A DNA stretch of 62,287 bases, filler included. It is 8 parts of 8 records of this genome, joined end to end, with 100 filler letters (N's around TTAATTAATTAA, not from the genome) between each part and the next. Parts side by side here need not be neighbours in the genome. Positions count along the whole stretch, not along the records: positions 55,421 to 58,835 come from SRR15195285_406; positions 58,936 to 62,287 come from SRR15195285_408; 6 more parts are not named here. The stretch is one strand, 5' to 3'. Shown here one piece after another: positions 56,242 through 62,287 of the stretch (position 1 is the first letter of the stretch; each line of letters begins with the position of its first letter). Below the pieces are notes generated by a model that saw nothing but the letters and a program-made list of their open reading frames with translations, did no database searches and was not told the DNA's origin. A program made the translations under genes and the position numbers.

Positions 56242-57581
56242 ATGGAGGTCGCCGCCGGGACATGGTGCGTCAGGACTGTCTGAATCCGACTGTCTGCCCT
56301 TGTGCACATCGATCATAAAGCCTGCGCGTGCAGGTGCAACAAGTGCATGACCCCGGCACAGCTGGCTGAACAGAGCCTGCTATTGACTTCATGCTCACAC
56401 ATCCTGTGCGAGAACTGCGTACGCGAAATGGGGCCGGACTATGCGCGTGACGTAACCTTCTGCGCGGCCTGCAACGCGGATTGTCGAGCTATGACCGTGA
56501 CTCGGGAAAACTTCGCCAGCCAGAGCCCTGAGATTCAGGATGTCTTGGCGCCGCGTGCATCCGAAGTCATCCTTGACCAAGCTATTCAGCGCGTAGCGCG
56601 CATCGAAAGCTTTAAGCGCCAGCAGTTTCGCGATCAGATCATTGTGCAGCAAAAGCGCAGCGCAAAGCACGAGCAGCAGATACAGAGCCTGCGGCGCAAC
56701 AATGAGCAGCTGCAGCATCAGTACGACAAACTGCGTCAAGAGAACAAGCGGCTAGCTCGAAGTCAGGCGCCAAGCTCATTAGCCAGCAGGTGCGCATGCT
56801 TGAGGCTACAGCCGCGGCGCGCCGTGGCTGAGCATGCTATCGTGGTTGTGCATCTGTGTGCGTCCCAGCGCTAGTGAAAGCACCGGTGCCGAGGGCGGCT
56901 TCTTTGCACAGAGTGCTCAGCACAGCAGCCGGCCGCGCACACAGAGCGCCGAGCGTAGCAGCCGGCCTCGTACTTCGCGGACAGCCGGTCGTGCGCGAAC
57001 CGCTGCCCCGACCTCGTCGCCATCACCGGCGACCTTCGCTCGCCCTAGCTCTCGCGGGGGGAGCGTGAAGCGATCTCAGTTGCTGCATCAGACACCTCCG
57101 CGTCGGCCATACACGGTACGCAGCGTTGATACACGTACTGTGAACTCTCTTTGCCTGACAATCGTAGCATGACTTATTTCGTGGGCTGTTCAGCCGGGAG
57201 AGTCCGCACAATCAGCCGTCGGTCAAGTTCTGGGCGGCATGAGCAATTACCAGCGCAGCGCGCTTGATCAAAGCCCTGGAACTGCGGATCACCGCGGCCA
57301 GCGTATTGACCGATTCGGTAAGCACGGTCAACCTGCACCAGCACACCGCACGCTGCCTGACACTCCTACTGCGGTGGTGCGCTGTTGCTGATGTAGAGGC
57401 AGCGCGGGGCATGCACGATGTTAAGTCACCGGGCACTGCCTCGGCTTCAGGGCGGACTGCAGGGGGACTTGCGGGATACTCTCGTTCTTCGTCGATTGCG
57501 CCGCAAGGATATGCACCGTCGCCCGCGGTCCATCGCCAACGCCCTGCACGCTTAAGTGGACGCTCGGCCTCAGCACGCTGA
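56242..57581 (+). CDS. RNF212/Zip3-like RING protein (RING - coiled coil - Ser/Arg-rich tail); 4 introns (first two 56265-56333, 56790-56868)
   Basis: Spliced N-terminus MEVAAGTWCNKC...LLLTSCSHILCENC...CAACNADCR, then PEIQDV...RIESFKRQQ, a coiled coil and a low-complexity tail. This is the RNF212/HEI10-family layout. Confidence 0.7.
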
Positions 57582-57945
57582 GAGGTTGTTTTTCAGAACT
57601 TTTACTGCAGCTGAGCACAGGCAGAACTTACTTCTGTCGCGCAGTACAATGGTTGGCGCTATAGCTGCCCACTCTGAGAGCGAAAGTTACTGCCGTCGCG
57701 TAGAAGAACTTGACAAACTTGCGCATACTCTAATACGCAAATAACAACATGCTGCCGCTTACGGCACTTGAGCTATATCACTGCCTCCAGCTACATGGAG
57801 CTGAACTGCTGCGCACGAGAGGCTGCGGCTACAATACCAGTCCCGCCGCGGCAAAAAAATCAATGTATTTGTCGAGCTGCTCTAACCGTTCTCTCACCCG
57901 TCTGACTGCAGGCCACAGTGTGATGAATCCATCATACGCAGCCAA

Positions 57946-58581
57946 TCAGTCTTGGGGGACGGTGTCCATTTCTCGCAATAGCCTGCTCCTGCCAGCAAGC
58001 GATTCCCCGCTAGCGCCTAGTCGCTTCCCGTCGCCTAATCGCTGCCCAGGACCACCGCCTGCGCTGCCGGTGGACGTCGTGCCTGCTGGTTGCTGCATGG
58101 GGTTAGCTCTAGGCACAGCGCCTCCAGCTGCTGAGGTGCTGCTACTGGCTGGTGCGGGCGTGCTGACGCCAGCCGCAGCATTGATTGAGCCACCGCTGCC
58201 CTCAGAAAGCTTTGAAAGTCCCCAGAGAAACCCCACGGCGAGCAAACCTCGCGGGCCGGCCAGAAAATAGACCAGGGCGACGATGAACAGAATCTGCACT
58301 GTGAACGCGATTTCCGGAATCTCGTAACCGCCGGGGAGCTCGACAGAGGGACTTGTGAACACGGGCTGGCTGTTCTCGCCCAGATAGCTGCCGAGATCGA
58401 TGCCTAGGCCCTCAAAGAACCCCCCGCCCTCCTCACCATCGACAACAGTTGTCGTATCGTGCTGCACGCGACCGATCGGGCGCTGCCGCACCTGGGCGCC
58501 AGCGCTGCCCCCCGGTGCAGCGGCCGGGCGCAGCCGCGGGTCGTCGTCCTGCACGATCTCACCATTCAGAATCTTCACCAT
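57946..58581 (-). CDS. FAM241/DUF4605-like small membrane protein
   Basis: The N-terminus MVKILNGEIVQDDDPRLR matches the FAM241 start motif. Hydrophobic hairpin ILFIVALVYFLAGPRGLLAVGFLWGL. Confidence 0.72.
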   Translation of the reverse strand: MVKILNGEIVQDDDPRLRPAAAPGGSAGAQVRQRPIGRVQHDTTTVVDGEEGGGFFEGLGIDLGSYLGENSQPVFTSPSVELPGGYEIPEIAFTVQILFIVALVYFLAGPRGLLAVGFLWGLSKLSEGSGGSINAAAGVSTPAPASSSTSAAGGAVPRANPMQQPAGTTSTGSAGGGPGQRLGDGKRLGASGESLAGRSRLLREMDTVPQD

Positions 58582-58835
58582 TGTCACACCCGCCTAGCCG
58601 TCCCCGCCACCCAGCCAGCGCGCCCACCGGCTGGTAGTGCGGACCCCTTAGCTTCGCTGCCGCCACGCGGCCGGCGGGCACCGCCGAGAAGTGCCGCCGC
58701 GGGCCGTCGTATAATATTCGGATATTATGCACCCGCCCGCCCCGGGGGGCCGTTCGGCAAATAGCCTCTACTAGCTAGTGCCGCATGATGGTGTTATATA
58801 CCTTCGATTACTTACGTAATCTAGGTATTTGTACA

Positions 58836-58935
58836 NNNNNNNNNNNNNNNNNNNNNNNNNNNNNNNNNNNNNNNNNNNNTTAATTAATTAANNNNNNNNN
58901 NNNNNNNNNNNNNNNNNNNNNNNNNNNNNNNNNNN
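58836..58935. other. Artificial contig linker
   Basis: N44-TTAATTAATTAA-N44. Confidence 0.98.
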
Positions 58936-58936
58936 G

Positions 58937-61900
58937 GAGCCCGAGCCCGAGCCGGAGCCGGAGCCCGAGCCTGAGCCTGATCCTATGATTGGCCTCGGCT
59001 TTGGGTGCCCACCTCGCCAAATCATGGACTGCAATAGTCTGTGTATGCCTGCGATGTACCTGGGCGATGGTACGTGTGACGACGGAGCGTCCGGGAACCT
59101 TTGGTGTGAAGAGACGCAGTTTGACCAGGGTGACTGTCTGCTGCCAGAGGAAGATACCGTAGCGGATTGCTTGGGGCAGATCGCGCCGATCCTGTGGATC
59201 GGGGATGGGGTGTGTGACAATGGTGTGAATGTTCATGACAACGCCTGGATCGACCTCAACTGTGCGAAGCATGAATTCGATGGGGGTGACTGCGAAGGTG
59301 ATGCCGGGAGAATAACGCAGTATCAGTGTACCCAGCTTCTGCAATCCCTGGACTCATGCGAGTCCGTGGCTGACAATCGGTTCCACGGCTGTCGCAACAA
59401 CGGGTGTGCGGAGGCGATCGTACAAATGCGTGTATCGTGGGATGATTGCCATGGACAACTCGGCCTTGGTGTACAGAGCACTGATGACCTCATTCGCGAG
59501 TATGAGCTCATCTGTGGGCAGTGTAGCCCACTTCCTGAGCTGGATATTTGTGGGATCTACGGTAGCTTCCCAACTACGCAGGAGTGTTCCAGCATTTGTG
59601 CTCCCACACTCATCACTTGGTATGAGGAGCACTTCAATGAATGCCAAGTCCACATGCGGGAGATGGAGGCGTCCGAAGAAGATCTACAGCAACTAACTGC
59701 GTTTTACGACCGGTGCAAAGAAACGCCAGTGGATTTCGTGCGGCCGCAAGATGAATGCGATGCGTCCCCACTGGGGGTTGATGTCGGAGAAGCGAGGGTG
59801 CACACCAAAGATGGGTCAGGAATCTGCCGCCTCGACATGGTCATTTTTCAAGAAACCTGTGGTGTACGTGCAACTTCAGTCTTGGGTGTCGAAGTCTCAC
59901 GCCCCACGTATCTTGTAGAGTGTCTGACCCAGTTCCATGGCTGCTGAGCAGGTCCACCTCACAACGTGTGTCGAACAGTTTGAACTTGACGCGATCTCTT
60001 CACGACCACTACGTAGGCCTGGAGCGTGCAAGCCAGTATTCCTTGGACCCGACGTTGGTTGGCAGGATTCCGTCTTCGATGAGCATCGTTCGTGCCGCGA
60101 AAAGTATGCCATCATTTGTTGTTATGCAGATTGTTGCAAACGCTGTATCGTCCGAACAAGTTGCATTCTCGAACCTGACAGCTCTCTGACCGATTGTGAC
60201 GATGCAGCATCACTCGAGTTGAGCAAGCCTGCGGGGTGTTCTTTGTCGAGTGTGTACTTTTCATGGACGTACTCCATGAACATCCCACTCAAAATACTGG
60301 GGCAAGCATGCAAAGATGGTCGGCGAAAGGGACACTTACTCTCGCGTCACATGTGGGCGTTGGTGTGCAAGGTTCTCAGGAAGAGACGGTCTTCGTTGCG
60401 ATGGTACGAAATGACCTATCGGTTGCGCTTGACATCGACAAGAATTACATTGCCGTTGTTAACATCCAGACGCCCACACCCAACCCTACAGAACAGCCTC
60501 CTAGCGGGGAGCAGTGGTACTTCGTGACGTACTCTGTCACAAGCGAAGTAAGCGAGGTCAATGTGCTGCGTCAAATTCATGCGATTGAGCACCAGTCCAC
60601 ACAGCCTGAAAGCTTGCTGCTGCAAGGTGATGCAACGGAAACAGTGATCTCTGCTGGTGAGATTGACCGCGAAATCGAGCTGCACCCCTGTGCTCCTGTA
60701 TTCCTGGGCCCTGACGTCGGTTTCCTGAGCATACGTCAGTGGGATGAAGCAGCCGCAGAGTGCGTTCTTGACATGCCGGAACTGGAGCGAGTGTGTGGCC
60801 ACTTCTACATTGAGTGTCTACGCTCTCTGTTCCCGGGAGAGCAGTGCTCAGAGGGTCTGGTCATCGCGAACAGCGATCGGAACCGTGCAAATCCATGCGC
60901 GGGGGAGGTGGGTGCGTCCTGCGAGTACACCTGTGCCGACAGCTTTGCGGCAGCCGGCGACCACATATGCCGACCGACAGGTGTGTTTGAAGGAGGAGCG
61001 TGCGATCGAATCCCAGGTTCGAGTGCAAGTGGCACAGACCATTGGTATGCGTGCATGGCGCAGGACCAGTCATCTGAATGCGCGTCCTACAGAGATGAGC
61101 CGTCGTGTCTCTCTGCGTGGACACAAGATGGACAGGACTGTCAATGGGGAGATATTGGGCACCCTCCTGATCCAGTTGGCTCTGTCATAGTCAGTTTGAC
61201 GCTTGCGATCGACATCGCAGATGTTCCTCAGAAGAGCCTGATGATGGGCGACGTCATGCGCGAAAACCCAGCGCACTCTGCATGGGTCGAGCGGTTTATC
61301 GGCGAGTTGAGCTACGTAATGCGATGCGATGCCAGTCGTTTGCGTTTCGACAGCGTGCGCGCCGCGTCCGTGGTCGCCACATTTGTGATATTTCCTGGAA
61401 CACCGGACGTGTGGGCGCTGGTAGACACCCTTGCACAAGATATCGCCGATTTGGCGAGCCCTTTATGTGCGCATACATTTCTTTGGTGACGCTGTCAGTG
61501 TCTCTTGGATGGCATTTTAGCTGTGTGCACGCACAAACGTTTGAACGTTCATCCGTCTGCTGTGATGGTGGCGTGTAGGGACAATGACGGACATCCTTAG
61601 TCAGACTGATCCAGACATCGAGTTGATGGTTCACCAAATCGAACCAACCTCATCGAGGCCGCCACCACCTGCGCCACCATCTGCAAACTTCGTCACTCCC
61701 ACGAATACCAGCGATGGTCACAGTTGTGATCCCTGCGCCGGGCCCAACGTGTGCCCGGGGCAAGAGTGTGCAGGTTCAGATCAACAGTTGATCATGATGT
61801 TGCTAGTCGGTGCTGTGGTCGCTGTACGTATCCCAAGCGCGTTTGTGGGTGGCATAGATTCTCGAGCGTCATTGCATTCAGGCTCAACGACTTGTGAATG

Positions 61901-62224
61901 AACCTTGCATCTCAGGTGTTGGTGGCTGGGGTTGCGAAGAAGGCTTGCTGCGGCAAAAAGGCTGTGGGTGCTGGATCAGATCCCTGGCAAAATAGCGGCG
62001 ACGCGGCTAAACTTCCGGCGGAGCAGTCGTCGTTTTCGGGCGCGCCAACAACGAGCAATGTTTCCCACACGACTCCCAACCCGGTGGCAAACGCCACCCC
62101 GAGCTGGGGCAACCAAAGTGCGCCTGCCACGACTGCGCCAAGCCCAGTTTTTGCTCCTGCTGCGGCTCCCAACCCGTGGGGTGCCCTCGAGATCGACGAG
62201 TCAGGTGGTGGCGCATCGTTCTAG
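58937..62224 (+). CDS. 5'-partial type-I membrane protein with (EP)n tract, LNR/Notch-like repeats, an unrecognised Cys repeat x3, Sushi-like and SEA-like segments; introns 59864-59951, 60104-60207, 61467-61578, 61824-61915
   Basis: YLGDGTCDD...FDQGDC and WIGDGVCDN...FDGGDC (LNR). VGASCEYTCADSF...HICRPTGVF (Sushi-like). RLRFDSVRAASVVATF (SEA-like). TM segment LIMMLLVGAVVAVLVAGVA, then KKACC and a Pro/Ala cytoplasmic tail. Confidence 0.78.
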
Positions 62225-62287
62225 AATACCATTCGTGACCCGAATAAATACAGTAGGGGCCGCAAAGAAGAAGTTGTTGAAATGCCA

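Noticed and set aside
57800-57948. Selenocysteine or readthrough at the TGA of the FAM241-like gene
   Set aside because: There is no redox-motif context and no SECIS that I can identify. The downstream frame is not protein-like.
20069-58935. Seven identical TTAATTAATTAA elements flanked by Ns, as a biological repeat; ORFs running into them; gene clustering across them
   Set aside because: A fixed 44+12+44 layout with six-frame stops is an assembly concatenation linker.
1-62287. Alternative genetic code, prokaryotic operons, phage or defence systems
   Set aside because: Multi-kb ORFs translate in the standard code, all three stops terminate genes, and frame breaks are explained by GT-AG introns.

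Overview
This is eukaryotic, GC-rich, gene-dense genomic DNA with many short (about 60-260 nt) GT-AG introns and typical GTGCGY/GTACGY/GTRAGT donors, read in the standard genetic code. It is most likely an uncultured-protist MAG/SAG. It is not one locus: eight contigs are joined by artificial 100-nt linkers (N44-TTAATTAATTAA-N44), so gene neighbourhood is meaningful only within a contig. I reconstructed about 20 genes by eye, most of them multi-exon. They include a GT2 glycosyltransferase, an acyl-CoA dehydrogenase, a TPR protein, an intron-containing DUF4214 protein, an IGHMBP2-type SF1 helicase, Nup160, a base-exchange phosphatidylserine synthase, a METTL21-type methyltransferase, two PhyH-like dioxygenases, a class-V aminotransferase, an RNF212/Zip3-like RING protein, a FAM241-like protein and several giant multidomain proteins. 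The most striking signals are unusual architectures: (1) F-box + BPI/TULIP-like + 3x(PH + Sec6 helical segment) + Sec6 + SH3-like in one 1875-aa single-exon ORF; (2) a secretory discoidin-EGF-MIR-TPR-J fusion; (3) a PDZ domain inserted in Nup160; (4) EF-hand pairs inserted inside PH domains; (5) a possible peroxisomal (PTS1) enzyme mini-cluster. All domain calls come from motif recognition by eye, not from database searches. I found no tRNA, rRNA, CRISPR array or transposase.
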